Shown piece after piece: positions 20,699-31,350 of a stretch of DNA of 64,000 bases. Position 1 is the stretch's first letter, and each line of letters opens with the position of its first letter. Location: NCBI GenBank assembly GCA_963665115.1, contig OY762007.1, forward strand, positions 1,088,001 to 1,152,000, in the 5' to 3' direction. The notes beneath the pieces are model-generated. The model searched no databases, was not told the origin of the DNA, and worked only from the letters and a program-made list of their open reading frames with translations. This DNA comes from an uncultured Rivularia sp. Its GTDB lineage: Bacteria; Cyanobacteriota; Cyanobacteriia; Cyanobacteriales; Nostocaceae. The position numbers were made by a program, and so were the translations under genes.

Positions 20699-21856
20699 AT
20701 GAACATTTCCATTTTGGTTTTTGGAAATGACGAATTCCTAGCCACACTACCATCTCAAATAATCGACGCAGATGATTTTAGCATCGAAGCAATAGCTAAC
20801 TTGCAAATGGCAATATCGCGCATTCAACTTGACTCGCCGGATGTGATTCTTGTGCAGTCGAGCCAGAATGATAGTATGCAACTGTGCAGTTGGTTAAAAG
20901 AACAAACGAAACTTTCTTGGATTTATTGCATTCTTTTAGAAGATAGTCCCGAGCTAATTGCCGATAGAAAAAATCAACCCTGGGAATGGGAGCTAGAGAT
21001 GACTTCTAGAGCCTTGAGACTTGGGGCTGATGCCTATATTTGGTATGGAGATACTCAATTGGAGGGATCTATTCGACAAAGAAAAACAGATTCTGTTCCA
21101 AAGCAGTTAAGTGCTAGCCATCGTTTGCTGCTGTCGCAATTAACTGTAGCTTTGCGTAAAGCCCAGAAATATCAGGATTTAATCAAAACTAATGATTTGT
21201 TATCGACAATAGCTTTGGCTGATTCGTTAACAGAACTAAATAATCGTCGTGCTTTGGAATGGGATTTACCCAGACAAGTAGAAAAAGCTCGCAATGAAAA
21301 TTCTCCCCTAAGCTTGATTATTTTAGATGTAGACTATTTCAAAAAAGTTAACGATAACTACGGACATTTAGTCGGCGATAGACTATTAAAATTATTATCG
21401 AGTCGCATACGTAACAATTTGCGGGTTCAGGATACAGCTTTCCGTTACGGCGGAGAGGAATTTGTGATTATTTTGGGTGACACTACTTCCCAAGAAGCCG
21501 ATGCGGTAGCCCATCGTCTCAAAAATCTAGTCGAAGAAAATCCCTTCGCAATTGACAGTACTTTAAATATAAATGTCACTATCAGTTTAGGAACCGCTTG
21601 TTTGCTTCCAAGTGATGATGGGCATGGTTTAAACTTGCTTAATCGCGCTGATACTTTCTTATTACAAGCCAAATCTAAAGGTAGGAACCGCGTAGTTAGC
21701 TGTTGCAATACTATGCAAGGCAATACCTACGTTTCAAATTCTACGAATAATTGTTTACGAAACGAAGTTAATTGCAACAGTCAAAATCAAAGCGGTAGCT
21801 ATATTAGTCATAACCGTATATCACAACTATCTCATTTAAAAATTGCGACTGGATAA
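20699..21856 (+). CDS. Diguanylate cyclase with N-terminal receiver-like domain
   Basis: DSLTELNNRR, DVDYFKKVNDNYGHLVGD and RYGGEEF motifs. Confidence 0.92.
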   Translation: MNISILVFGNDEFLATLPSQIIDADDFSIEAIANLQMAISRIQLDSPDVILVQSSQNDSMQLCSWLKEQTKLSWIYCILLEDSPELIADRKNQPWEWELEMTSRALRLGADAYIWYGDTQLEGSIRQRKTDSVPKQLSASHRLLLSQLTVALRKAQKYQDLIKTNDLLSTIALADSLTELNNRRALEWDLPRQVEKARNENSPLSLIILDVDYFKKVNDNYGHLVGDRLLKLLSSRIRNNLRVQDTAFRYGGEEFVIILGDTTSQEADAVAHRLKNLVEENPFAIDSTLNINVTISLGTACLLPSDDGHGLNLLNRADTFLLQAKSKGRNRVVSCCNTMQGNTYVSNSTNNCLRNEVNCNSQNQSGSYISHNRISQLSHLKIATG

Positions 21857-22023
21857 TATAAATTTGCGCTTGAGTAAAAATTTAAATAGTTTAGAATTAT
21901 AAATTTTTATAGTTCTCCTGTTACTTCTATGCTGATTTTTTTGTAAGCAACGATTATTGCTAACGAAACTATACTAAGATACTTTGTTATTACTTCCCCA
22001 TTCCCCATTCCCTATTCCCTCAG

Positions 22024-22716
22024 TTAACTTTTTACTAACACTCCTTCTTCGATCAAAATTTCCTGACATTGTTTCACCGTCGCACGTTCTCGCATGGTAT
22101 CAACTAAAACTTGATATGCAGACCAATTATTTTCTAAAAGCGTTTTCGCTTGGAGAATGCTAAAACGTTTTTTTTGATTGCAAACAGATTCACTACAGCC
22201 TAAAGACTTTAAAACTTCCATAAGTTTGTTTTTATCATCTGCTCCACCAGAAGCATTTTCATAAACAAGTGTTTCCGCTGCAATACCAGCCATCCAAATC
22301 GTATAGTAGCGCTCTAAAATTCGAGCAGTAATTGCACCCTTTTCAATTTGAGATAACAACTCAACATCATCAAAAGTCACACCTGCAAATCCCTTTTGTT
22401 TTTGCTTGAATGCTTCCCAAGCGCTCAAAGTGTACCCCGTCACCGGAACTCCTAAAACATGAGCCACAAGGAAATGTCCTGCTTCATGATGAAGAATCCG
22501 TTCCCTATATTCCTTAGAAAATCTTCCAACTAAATCTAAAAATAAAGTTCCTCCCCTACCTTCCAAACTCCAAGAATCAAAAGTTGCTATTCCCAAAATT
22601 GCAAAAGTAGCCACAGCAGGAACCGCAGGGGATAAATCAATTAAAGGCCCCAACAGCGTTGAAACAGTTATCAAAAATATTGATATTGCAACCAAATTTA
22701 AAGTTGTTTTATTCAT
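22024..22716 (-). CDS. M41-like Zn protease (membrane-anchored, no AAA domain)
   Basis: Two N-terminal TM segments; HEAGH zinc motif and AGIAAE. Confidence 0.8.
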   Translation of the reverse strand: MNKTTLNLVAISIFLITVSTLLGPLIDLSPAVPAVATFAILGIATFDSWSLEGRGGTLFLDLVGRFSKEYRERILHHEAGHFLVAHVLGVPVTGYTLSAWEAFKQKQKGFAGVTFDDVELLSQIEKGAITARILERYYTIWMAGIAAETLVYENASGGADDKNKLMEVLKSLGCSESVCNQKKRFSILQAKTLLENNWSAYQVLVDTMRERATVKQCQEILIEEGVLVKS

Positions 22717-22755
22717 TTTATTTTTTGAACAATGCTTAATCCTTTTTAATGTAGC

Positions 22756-22969
22756 AGTAGGGGGTAGGGAGTAGGGGGTAGGGAGTAGGGAGTAGGGAGT
22801 AGGGAGTAGGGAGTAGAAAGTAGGGAGTAGGGAGTAGGGAGTAGGGAGTAGGGAGTAGGGAGTAGGGAGTAGGGAGTAGGGAGTAGAGAGTAGGGAGTAG
22901 GGAGTAGGGAGTAGGGAGTAGGGAGTAGGGAGTAGGGAGTAGGGAGTAGGGGGTAGGGAGTAGGGGGTA
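22756..22969. repeat. STRR heptamer tract (AGTAGGG)n, about 30 units
   Basis: Direct inspection. Confidence 0.95.
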
Positions 22970-23216
22970 AAGAGTAATGAGTAGTGAGTTAATCCCCTTG
23001 TCCCCTTGTCTCCCCATCCCTTGTATCAAAAAATCGGGCAATAATGTGATTTAACATACATAATAGATATTTGTACCAGTAAACTTACTTGATAAATATA
23101 GGAAAACTATTTGAATGCAGGAAAACTACTCAGTGCATCTGTCCTCTGTTCCCCGTTCCCCATTCCCTATTCCCTCTCTGAACGAATTTTTACTAAATCT
23201 TTGTGGAGAGCTATAA

Positions 23217-24320
23217 ATGAAAACTAATGTACCATGTCATATTCTTGCTCTTGATGGTGGTGGAGTTCGTGGGTTGGTAACGGCGATAATTTTGGAAAGC
23301 TTGGAAAAAAAGCTGCAAAAATACAACCCGCATAAACTACTTACCGATTATTTCGATGTTATCGCTGGTACTTCTACAGGTAGCCTTATTGCTTGCGCTT
23401 TATCTAAAGGTTTGAGTGCTAGCGAAGTCAAAGATTTTTATATTCATAATTCTCAGATCATCTTTCCCCCAAGTAAAATACTTGTTCACAGCATTTTAAA
23501 CTGGATTCGCTTGGGTTCATCTCACCCGATTTATAATGATGAAGGTTTAAAGATGGTACTTAAATATATTTTTGGAAATTTTAAGTTCGGGGAATTAAAA
23601 AAACCCACCATAGTAACCAGTTACGATACTTATAATCGTCAGGCAGTCGTATTTAAAAATACCAAAATAGCTCATCAAGATATCCCGATATGGGAAATTT
23701 GTCGTGCTTCTTCAGCTGCACCAATCGGCTTTCCCGGTTACGAAATGAAACACCAAGCTTTTTTAGAAGATTTGCGTTCAAAGGGTTATGCAATACCGAA
23801 AAACAGTGGTATTCCCTTAATAGATGGTGGCGTATTTGCGAACAACCCAGCATTGTGCGCGATCGCAGAACGTTTGCGATGGAACGATCGGTTGCCAGAT
23901 AACCCTAAATGGAATCCTTCGATACCAGAAAGCGTCGAACAAAAGAACATTATAGTTGCCTCTTTCGGTACTGGACAACAAGTCAAAAAAATTGGTGCAA
24001 AGCAGGTGAAACACTGGGGAGCAATAGAATGGTTAAGTCCCCGCAATGACTTACCTCTTTTAGACGTACTCTTCGATGGTGCTGGTGATGCAGTATGTTA
24101 TATCGCCGAGCAAATTTTTGGGAATTATTATTTTCGCTTCCAACCGCATTTCAAAAAAAACATCCCTACCTTCAGCGCAAAACAAGAAAATCTTGATGCA
24201 ATGATCGAGTGTACCGAAGAATATTTAACACAGCCCGAAGTCGATATTAAGCTGAATAAATTGGTAGAAATGCTTAATCCTCTATCAGTCAACAGTTACC
24301 AATTAGGAGTTAGGAGTTAG
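23217..24320 (+). CDS. Patatin-like phospholipase
   Basis: DGGGVRG, GTSTG and DGG catalytic motifs. Confidence 0.92.
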   Translation: MKTNVPCHILALDGGGVRGLVTAIILESLEKKLQKYNPHKLLTDYFDVIAGTSTGSLIACALSKGLSASEVKDFYIHNSQIIFPPSKILVHSILNWIRLGSSHPIYNDEGLKMVLKYIFGNFKFGELKKPTIVTSYDTYNRQAVVFKNTKIAHQDIPIWEICRASSAAPIGFPGYEMKHQAFLEDLRSKGYAIPKNSGIPLIDGGVFANNPALCAIAERLRWNDRLPDNPKWNPSIPESVEQKNIIVASFGTGQQVKKIGAKQVKHWGAIEWLSPRNDLPLLDVLFDGAGDAVCYIAEQIFGNYYFRFQPHFKKNIPTFSAKQENLDAMIECTEEYLTQPEVDIKLNKLVEMLNPLSVNSYQLGVRS

Positions 24321-24488
24321 GAGTAGTGAGTAGAGAGTAGAGAGTAGAGAGTAGCAAGTAGAGAGTAGAGAGTAGCAAGTAGATCGCTTTCTACTATTAT
24401 TGGGATAAATGCCGGTGCTAATTACGTCTATTCTTACTCGCCACTTATTACTCACTACTCACTACTCACTACTCACTACTTTAATAAT
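24303..24488. repeat. Composite STRR element, inverted copy
   Basis: Reverse complement of the 19186-19338 element; ends CTACTTTAATAAT. Confidence 0.75.
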
Positions 24489-24619
24489 ATCCCCCTCTCT
24501 CCCCCTCTCCCCTCTGCTGGTTTCGGAAATTACAGCAGAAATGTTCGCTTATGTCTGAATAAAAAATCCGTTTCCTGTAACGTCGTAGGCAAAACCAAAT
24601 ATCATAAATAGATAGAAAT

Positions 24620-25151
24620 ATGAAAATTTGGGCTACTACACTTTTTTTAGCTTTTTTTGGATTCATTTCCCCAGTGAAAGCAACTGAAGTCGTTATTGCT
24701 TACGAAGGTTCCAACGCTGCTATAAAATCAAAGGCGATAATATCAGACAAACCAATTATTGTTAAAAAAGCTGAGTTTGGAGTATTAAGAACGGAAAAAA
24801 ACGGTAAAGCTACATTTATTCCAACTACGAAAGTACCTTACGAAGAGGGAAAAGTATACGGATGGCGCATCGAACTTCAAGGATACGAAGGTAAACTAAC
24901 ATGGCAGGAAGTATTAACTTTACCAAAACCCCCTTTAACTTGGGGAACAGATAATGGAGAACATTTTTTTCTATCTCCTGATGGTACCAAATCAGTTATC
25001 AAACGTACCGCTTTAATCAAAAAAGGTGTCGTTAATAATTTTTGGACTGTTTCTTCAGGGGACCCCCGCTGGGCTTCATGTAATGGAAGTTTACGCAGGT
25101 AAACGTCGGATTGCAACTTTTAAGTTTGAGGTTGTTCGACCTTCTATTTAG
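24620..25151 (+). CDS. Secreted hypothetical protein (apparent +1 frameshift near 25062-25066)
   Basis: Signal peptide. Removing one C from ccccc gives GDPAGLHVMEVYAGKRRIATFKFEVVRPSI*. Confidence 0.65.
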
Positions 25152-25513
25152 GAAAGTTACCACCCTGAAATTTATATCATGGATTAGTGACATTATTGAA
25201 CTAAAGCCCTCTCAATCTACAGTAATTAGAGGGTTTTTTACTGCGATAAAATTAAAATATATTCAATAAATCGATTGATCCTCATGTATGTAGACTTTAT
25301 TTGCAAAATATTTGAGTCAAGTAGAAATAATATATAATCTTGGTAAAAATATAATCTATTCTAAAATAAGTATGAAAAGTAAATAACGATTGTTACTGTT
25401 TTCTTAATTCGCTACTTGAAGTAATATTATAAGCATCTTGGTACAATCGCGTTTGTATTAAGTAGACATCTTTCGCTTCTTTCATACAGGGTTGAGAATG
25501 GTTAAAATGCTTT

Positions 25514-25659
25514 AAGGTACTTCCAAAAAATAATTTATCTTAAATAATTGTAGTGCGTTAGTGCAGCGTGTCCGTAAGGACAAGCATCTTGCTTGCTATA
25601 TCTTAAGAGAGAAAGATGCTCGCATTAAAATTGGATATTTTTTAATTTGGAAGTCCCTA
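25514..25659. mobile_element. MITE-like element with GG(G/T)ACTTCCAAA terminal inverted repeats
   Basis: Left aggtacttccaaaaaataa and right tttttaatttggaagtccct; contains a nested small dispersed repeat. Confidence 0.6.
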
Positions 25660-26074
25660 ATGTCACTTTAACTACTACCTTTCGCAAAGTTAAATAATTC
25701 TTACTTACTTACCCTTTAAAGGGGAAAATGAAAGTGAGATTGCGGAAGCTAACGCATATAAGTGTACTACCTTCTCAAATGTCCCGAGCGGTATTATCAC
25801 ATAAAATAGATCGGCTATACTTTATGCTCTTGCAGCTAAAAAGGAAATTAGCTGTGTAGCATCATAAATTGAAGTTTGTAATAATTTGTATAAAATATAG
25901 ATAAAAGTATATTTAGCAAAATAAAAATAGTTTGTATGTTATTCAATTCTGTCATCAGAAATAAATAAGCATAGTGCTTCTTACAAGTATCTGTAAAACT
26001 ATACTTGTTGAAGGAGCTAAGCTTTATGATTTGTGTCGTTGATAATTTACTAAGAGGTATAACAAGTCAGAACC

Positions 26075-26347
26075 ATGATCGAAGCAGTTCTAACTAATTT
26101 GGTAATTGTATTTTATTTAACAATGGCTTGTTGTTTCTTTATGCAGTGGTTGGGTTTTTTTATAGCAGATAAAGAAATGAACTCAGCGCAGCGCTATTTT
26201 TCTATACTAATTTTAATTACAGGAACTATTTTATGGCCTGTAGTTGTGCCTTTAGCTTATTTGGAGTTATTGAAGTTTCACAAGAAGCATAAGCAAGTAA
26301 TTGATTTACTTATAAGTTTGTCCGATCCAAAACTATGCGATGAATAA
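26075..26347 (+). CDS. Small membrane protein of cyanobacterial type
   Basis: 90 aa, two TM helices, LWPVVVPLAYLELL. Confidence 0.7.
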   Translation: MIEAVLTNLVIVFYLTMACCFFMQWLGFFIADKEMNSAQRYFSILILITGTILWPVVVPLAYLELLKFHKKHKQVIDLLISLSDPKLCDE

Positions 26348-26432
26348 TACATTTTTGTTTAAATTTTAATTAAGATATTATTTATTTATTTTTACAGGTA
26401 GGGAGTAGGTAGTAGGGAGTAGAAGAATATTA

Positions 26433-27290
26433 CTAATCTTTTGTTGGGGCTGAGGGTGGGTTTAGAGTTGGTGTTGGTGTTGGGGTGGAATTATTTGGTG
26501 TTGGTGTAGAGGTTGGCGTTGGAGTTGGTTTTGGGGCTGGGGTGGAATTATTTGGAAGAGTTTTTGGTGTTGGGGCTGGGGTGGAATTATTCGGAATAGT
26601 TTGTAGATTTGGATTAATTGGAATCGGATTGATGGTTGGAATGGCTGGGGTAGTTCCGGTAGTTGGAATAGTAGGAGTTACAGTGGGGTTTGGAGTGGTG
26701 GTTATTTGATTATTTTCTACAGCTTTCCATTCCGAGAGCGAGCGGTTAATTGCATCTTTAAATTTTTGAGATACTAAAACAACTTCAACATTTCCATCTG
26801 GTTTGGTCGTAAATTGATTTTGAGCGTAAAGAAAACGGTTATCAAAACTTTGTTTACCTAAAACCAATTTCGATTGTTTTTGATTATTTAAGGTGATATC
26901 AATCGTAGCTTGGGGTTGTTTCAAACCGAACTCTGTAAGTTGAGATGGTGTTGCTGATAAAGTGCGTTCGCTCTTTTCTGTTTCCAGCAAATTTAATAAA
27001 TAAGCTACCGTACCATCATTAGCAGGTACGGTATCGGGAGATTTCATCAGCCATTTAGTTTTATCCGGTTTTGGAGAACGTTCTAAAGCGATCGTTTCCG
27101 ACGGAGTAGTTATTTTCAAGCTTTTGACATCTTCTTCTTTAAAAGAGAAAAGTTGCTGCTGTTTTTTCTTCACTGCCTCTTGTTGAGTTTTCAACTGAAA
27201 CTCGTAGAAATAAACAAAACCACCCAACAAGATTGCTATCAGCACTAAACCCAAAGTTGTTCGCTGTAATTTCATAAAATAAATTATCAA
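26433..27290 (-). CDS. DUF4340-domain protein with Pro/Thr tail
   Basis: N-terminal TM, FGLKQP motif, last gene of a Gld-like ABC operon. Confidence 0.8.
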   Translation of the reverse strand: MIIYFMKLQRTTLGLVLIAILLGGFVYFYEFQLKTQQEAVKKKQQQLFSFKEEDVKSLKITTPSETIALERSPKPDKTKWLMKSPDTVPANDGTVAYLLNLLETEKSERTLSATPSQLTEFGLKQPQATIDITLNNQKQSKLVLGKQSFDNRFLYAQNQFTTKPDGNVEVVLVSQKFKDAINRSLSEWKAVENNQITTTPNPTVTPTIPTTGTTPAIPTINPIPINPNLQTIPNNSTPAPTPKTLPNNSTPAPKPTPTPTSTPTPNNSTPTPTPTLNPPSAPTKD

Positions 27291-27356
27291 TTATCAATTA
27301 TCAATTATCAATTATCAATTATCAATTATCAATTATCAATTATCAGTTATCAATTA
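27283..27356. repeat. STRR tract (ATTATCA)n
   Basis: About 10 tandem heptamers. Similar tracts at about 31020-31100, 31285-31335, 36590-36632, 39145-39190, 41330-41368, 47797-47850 and 48990-49040. Confidence 0.9.
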
Positions 27357-27381
27357 CCCTTCATTGTTCATTGATAATTGT

Positions 27382-29013
27382 TTACCGTCTTTGGAACCAA
27401 AGAACTGCTGCTGCTGCAAAAGCAAGTATGGGTAAAACGAATACAGAAGATAATGCGACAAGATTTGCTTGTGCTTGGGAAAGGTTGAGACGACGATTTT
27501 TGGCTTGTTTTGGACGAATTGAAAGAGGTTGCGAATCTTGTTTGCTCAACCAGGTAATTGAGTTGAGAAATACGTCTCCATTTAATTGCTGACTAAATAA
27601 GCCGTCTGTAATAAAGTCTGAATCTCCGAATACTACCATTCTTGATTCGGTGGGTTTGTTGTTTTGTGAAGTTGTAGGTGTAGGGGAAGGAGTCGAGGAG
27701 GGGGGAGAGGGGGGAGAGGGGGTGGGAGTTGGAGTGGGGGAAGGTGTTGGGGTTGGGGTTGGTGTTGGTGTTGGTGTTGGTTGTGCTGTGATTTTTCTTG
27801 TTAAAGCAACACCCAAAGTGAGAGGTCCTGGGATATCTTCGTTTTCGTTGTATGCCAATTCTTCACTTTCCCAGTCGCTTTCACCCCAACTTGCGGGTAA
27901 TGGTTGAGTTCGTAATAAAGGTGTACTTTCAATACCATTAACGGTAATTGTTTCAACAGGACGCGCTAATTTATATATAGATATACCATTTTGAAACTCT
28001 TTAGTTATGGGATGTTCCCCGTATTCCGTCACAATTGATATACCGGGTGGTTGTTGTTGAGCGCTTTCTGAAGCATTAATTACCAAACGATTATCTAAAC
28101 CGACTCCCCATTCTTGCAATAAAACATCTAATTTCGGGTCAACACCAGGGTCAACCATTACTAATAAATTACCACCACCATTGGCATAATTTTGTAAAGC
28201 TTGAATTTCACCTTCTAATAACTCCCTTTGCGGCCCTGCAAGAATCACAGCATTTGCATCATCGGGAATTTTAGCAGTTTGAGTTAAATTCAAAGGTTGG
28301 GCAATATAGTTTTGATCGGCTAAAGCTTGGACAGCTTGAGAAATATTACCTTCTCCCCTTTCTAATTGACGTTCGCCGTGACCTTGGAGAAAATAAATTT
28401 TAGACGTAGTGGGGTTATAAATTTGCGCCAAACGATTAGTTAATCTTGATTCAGAAAGACGTTCCCGTGTATTAACAACCTGTACTAATTGTTGATTTTT
28501 GCCAGATTCTAAATAAACTTCACCATCATCTTTGACACCAAATTTCTTTGCTAAATCGAGTCTAATGCTAGGATCTATATATTCAAACTTAAAATTATTA
28601 CTTTGTCTGGCATAATTTTGCAGTAAATCTTCATCTAAAGGATTTTTATTCGCATCAAACACAAAAACTTTCGTAGGCTGTTCTAAATTTTTTACTACTT
28701 CTCGGGATTGAGGAGCCAGAGTAAATAAATTAGTCTCAGTTAAATCGTTCCGGACATTGTAACGAGTACCTAAAAAATTAATTAGCCCCAAAATCGCCAC
28801 TACAGCCAAAGTTGCAATTATTGCATTAGTACCAACTTGAGTAGAGCGACGACTCCACCATTTAGTAGAATAGCTTTGCCATATTAACCAAATTGCAGCA
28901 ACAGCTAATCCCAAAATTATCAACACCAGCGGAATAGTTCCCCATTCCGAAACTAAACCCACCGTTAAACCCGCAGTTATTAGAAACGGTGCAAACCAAA
29001 TCAAATACTTCAT
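27382..29013 (-). CDS. GldG-family ABC auxiliary component
   Basis: DLT..LFTL, YFLQGHGE, GGNLLVMVDP and GDSDF motifs; PT linker. Confidence 0.88.
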   Translation of the reverse strand: MKYLIWFAPFLITAGLTVGLVSEWGTIPLVLIILGLAVAAIWLIWQSYSTKWWSRRSTQVGTNAIIATLAVVAILGLINFLGTRYNVRNDLTETNLFTLAPQSREVVKNLEQPTKVFVFDANKNPLDEDLLQNYARQSNNFKFEYIDPSIRLDLAKKFGVKDDGEVYLESGKNQQLVQVVNTRERLSESRLTNRLAQIYNPTTSKIYFLQGHGERQLERGEGNISQAVQALADQNYIAQPLNLTQTAKIPDDANAVILAGPQRELLEGEIQALQNYANGGGNLLVMVDPGVDPKLDVLLQEWGVGLDNRLVINASESAQQQPPGISIVTEYGEHPITKEFQNGISIYKLARPVETITVNGIESTPLLRTQPLPASWGESDWESEELAYNENEDIPGPLTLGVALTRKITAQPTPTPTPTPTPTPSPTPTPTPSPPSPPSSTPSPTPTTSQNNKPTESRMVVFGDSDFITDGLFSQQLNGDVFLNSITWLSKQDSQPLSIRPKQAKNRRLNLSQAQANLVALSSVFVLPILAFAAAAVLWFQRR

Positions 29014-29159
29014 CAGTAATCAGTGAACAGTGAACAGTGAACAGTTATCAGTAGGGAGTAAAGAGTAGCGAGTAGCGAGTGAGGAGTTAATTAGTTTCCT
29101 TGTCTCCCCTTCTTCCTCCTCTCTCTAACAACTAACTACTAACAACCAACAACTAAAAA

Positions 29160-29972
29160 TTAATTCCGTTGAAAGCGAAATGCATCAATCGATTGCGCCG
29201 TAAGAAAGATACCCAAAATAATGTAGCTGAAAAATAAGATCAAACTACTAGTGTCAAATATTCCTTGTATCATGTTGTTGTAATGTTTTAACAAGGATAA
29301 ATGAGCTAAAGTTTCTCCAATGGGGCCGCCGATTACTTTGGCTACTAAATCTATAAATAACAACATTAAAATTACTGCAAAAGTTAGTACGGCAGATAAT
29401 ATTGTGCTGTTAGTTAAAGATGAAATAAACATTCCCAAGGATAAAATTGATCCTGCTAGCAAGATTAATCCCAGATGACCTAGTAAGGGAATTGTGACGA
29501 CGGCTGCTGGTTCTGATGCGCTCAAAACTACCGCTTCTAATACCATCAATGGTAAAATTAATGTTATAAAAAACGTTAATACTCCTAATAATTTTCCTAC
29601 GGCTACAGCCCAGTTAGTAATAGGAGATGTGGCCAATAGTTCCAAAGTTCCCCGCTTGCGTTCTTCTGCATAAAGCCCCATAGAAAGAATGGGCAAGATG
29701 AATAATAAAAGCCATCCCATTCTGTCTAAAAATGCTTTGATAAATTCGTAGGGAACGTCAATAGGTGGTATTGCTAATCCACGTCTTTGTGCTTCTAACT
29801 CGATGTTGGCAACTGCTGCTAAAATTCCATCGGGGCCGAGCAAAATTAATACAAAAAATAATCCAGCTAAAAACCAGAATATGCCAGCAATCGCATAAGC
29901 TAATGGCGATACAAAATAAGTTTGTAATTCTCGACGATAAATGGCAATTATATTACTCAGTACTATACCCAT
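29160..29972 (-). CDS. ABC-2 permease (GldF-like)
   Basis: RELQTYFVSPLAY and AEERKRGTLELLATSP motifs; six TMs. Confidence 0.9.
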   Translation of the reverse strand: MGIVLSNIIAIYRRELQTYFVSPLAYAIAGIFWFLAGLFFVLILLGPDGILAAVANIELEAQRRGLAIPPIDVPYEFIKAFLDRMGWLLLFILPILSMGLYAEERKRGTLELLATSPITNWAVAVGKLLGVLTFFITLILPLMVLEAVVLSASEPAAVVTIPLLGHLGLILLAGSILSLGMFISSLTNSTILSAVLTFAVILMLLFIDLVAKVIGGPIGETLAHLSLLKHYNNMIQGIFDTSSLILFFSYIILGIFLTAQSIDAFRFQRN

Positions 29973-30983
29973 TTACGCAGCTTCTCCAAGATTTACTTCT
30001 TCGTCTTCTGTTTGAGTTTCCAAAGTTTTTTCTTCCCTGGTCAACTGTAAAAATACGTCTTCTAATGTAGCGTTAATTCGTCGCATTTCGTGTAAACCAA
30101 ATCCTGCTTGCAGCAAAGAGTTGGCGATCGCGTTTCCCGGTTCGGTTTCTGGTTGCGATACTACCCGCATTCTGAAGCGATTTTCTTCGAGTTGTTTACC
30201 TTCAGCAACTAACATCGGAATTGATTCTACCAGATTCACACCGGGTAAATTCTGTAGCATTTGTTTTGCTAAAGCAGCTTCCCCTTCAACTTCTAATTCA
30301 TAACCCGAACCACTAGTCAGTTCGCTCATTAAATTATCTAGGGTATTTGTTGCTACAATTTTGCCGCTATTAATTATTGCTACGCGGTTACAGGTCATGC
30401 TGACTTCTGGCAAAATATGCGTAGAAATAATAATCGTATGACTACCAGCGAGGCTTTTAATTAAATTACGTACATCTATAATTTGTCGGGGATCTAATCC
30501 TACGGTGGGTTCATCAAGAATAATTGCCGGTGGATCGTGGACAATTGCTTGAGCAATGCCAACTCTTTGACGGTATCCTTTAGAAAGTTTGCGGATTAAG
30601 ACATGACGCTTATCTGTTAAATTACAGCGTTCCATCGCTGCTGCTACCTTACTCTTTCTGTCTCCAGCACTAATTCCCTTAATACGAGCGACAAAAAACA
30701 AAAAACCTTGCACCGACATTTCCGGATACAAAGGCGGATTTTCCGGTAAATAGCCGATTTTCTGCCTTACTGCCAAAGAATCTTCGTGAACATCTAAACC
30801 AGCAATCCTAGCCGTGCCGCTAGAGGCAGGTAGATAACCAGTTAGAATCCTCATGGTAGTAGTTTTTCCAGCACCGTTAGGCCCTAAAAATCCCAGAATT
30901 TCCCCTTCTTCAACATTAAAAGTTACATCCTCGATCGCCGAGGTAGAACCGTATACTTTATTCAGATGTTCAACTTCAATCAT
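29973..30983 (-). CDS. ABC transporter ATP-binding protein (GldA-like)
   Basis: GPNGAGKTT, LSKGYRQR and ILDEPT motifs. Confidence 0.95.
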   Translation of the reverse strand: MIEVEHLNKVYGSTSAIEDVTFNVEEGEILGFLGPNGAGKTTTMRILTGYLPASSGTARIAGLDVHEDSLAVRQKIGYLPENPPLYPEMSVQGFLFFVARIKGISAGDRKSKVAAAMERCNLTDKRHVLIRKLSKGYRQRVGIAQAIVHDPPAIILDEPTVGLDPRQIIDVRNLIKSLAGSHTIIISTHILPEVSMTCNRVAIINSGKIVATNTLDNLMSELTSGSGYELEVEGEAALAKQMLQNLPGVNLVESIPMLVAEGKQLEENRFRMRVVSQPETEPGNAIANSLLQAGFGLHEMRRINATLEDVFLQLTREEKTLETQTEDEEVNLGEAA

Positions 30984-31350
30984 AAAAATGCTACCTATAA
31001 CGTGACAGATTTATCTTAATACTATTGGGAATGGGTAATGGGTAATTGGTAATGGGGAATAGGGCATGGGGCATAGGGCATGGGGCATGGGGCATGGGGC
31101 GTAGGAAAAATTAGGAGTTGGGAGTGATATTTAATATGCAGATCTTTAACCTTATTAGCTGTTTTTGTTACTAAAAAAACATAAAAGCTGAGTAGAAAAC
31201 ACTATTTTATAGATAGTTACATATAACACAGAAAAAAATTAGATTATAGGATATATAAATATTTTTATTTTTATTTTTATTTTCAATTACCAATTACCAA
31301 TTACCAATTACCAATCCCCCATGCCCAATGCCCAATTCCCTTTTTAAACA

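Noticed and set aside
22736..23041. ORF with (LLPTPYS)n; likewise 19211-19414 and 34681-35048 (LLATCY)n
   Set aside because: Translations of heptameric STRR tracts, not credible proteins.
23045..23060. NtcA/CRP-like site tgtgatttaacataca
   Set aside because: Imperfect match to both consensus sequences, with no supporting promoter evidence.
23217..24320. Patatin as a CBASS CapV-type effector
   Set aside because: No CD-NTase or other defence gene is adjacent; it is a stand-alone patatin.
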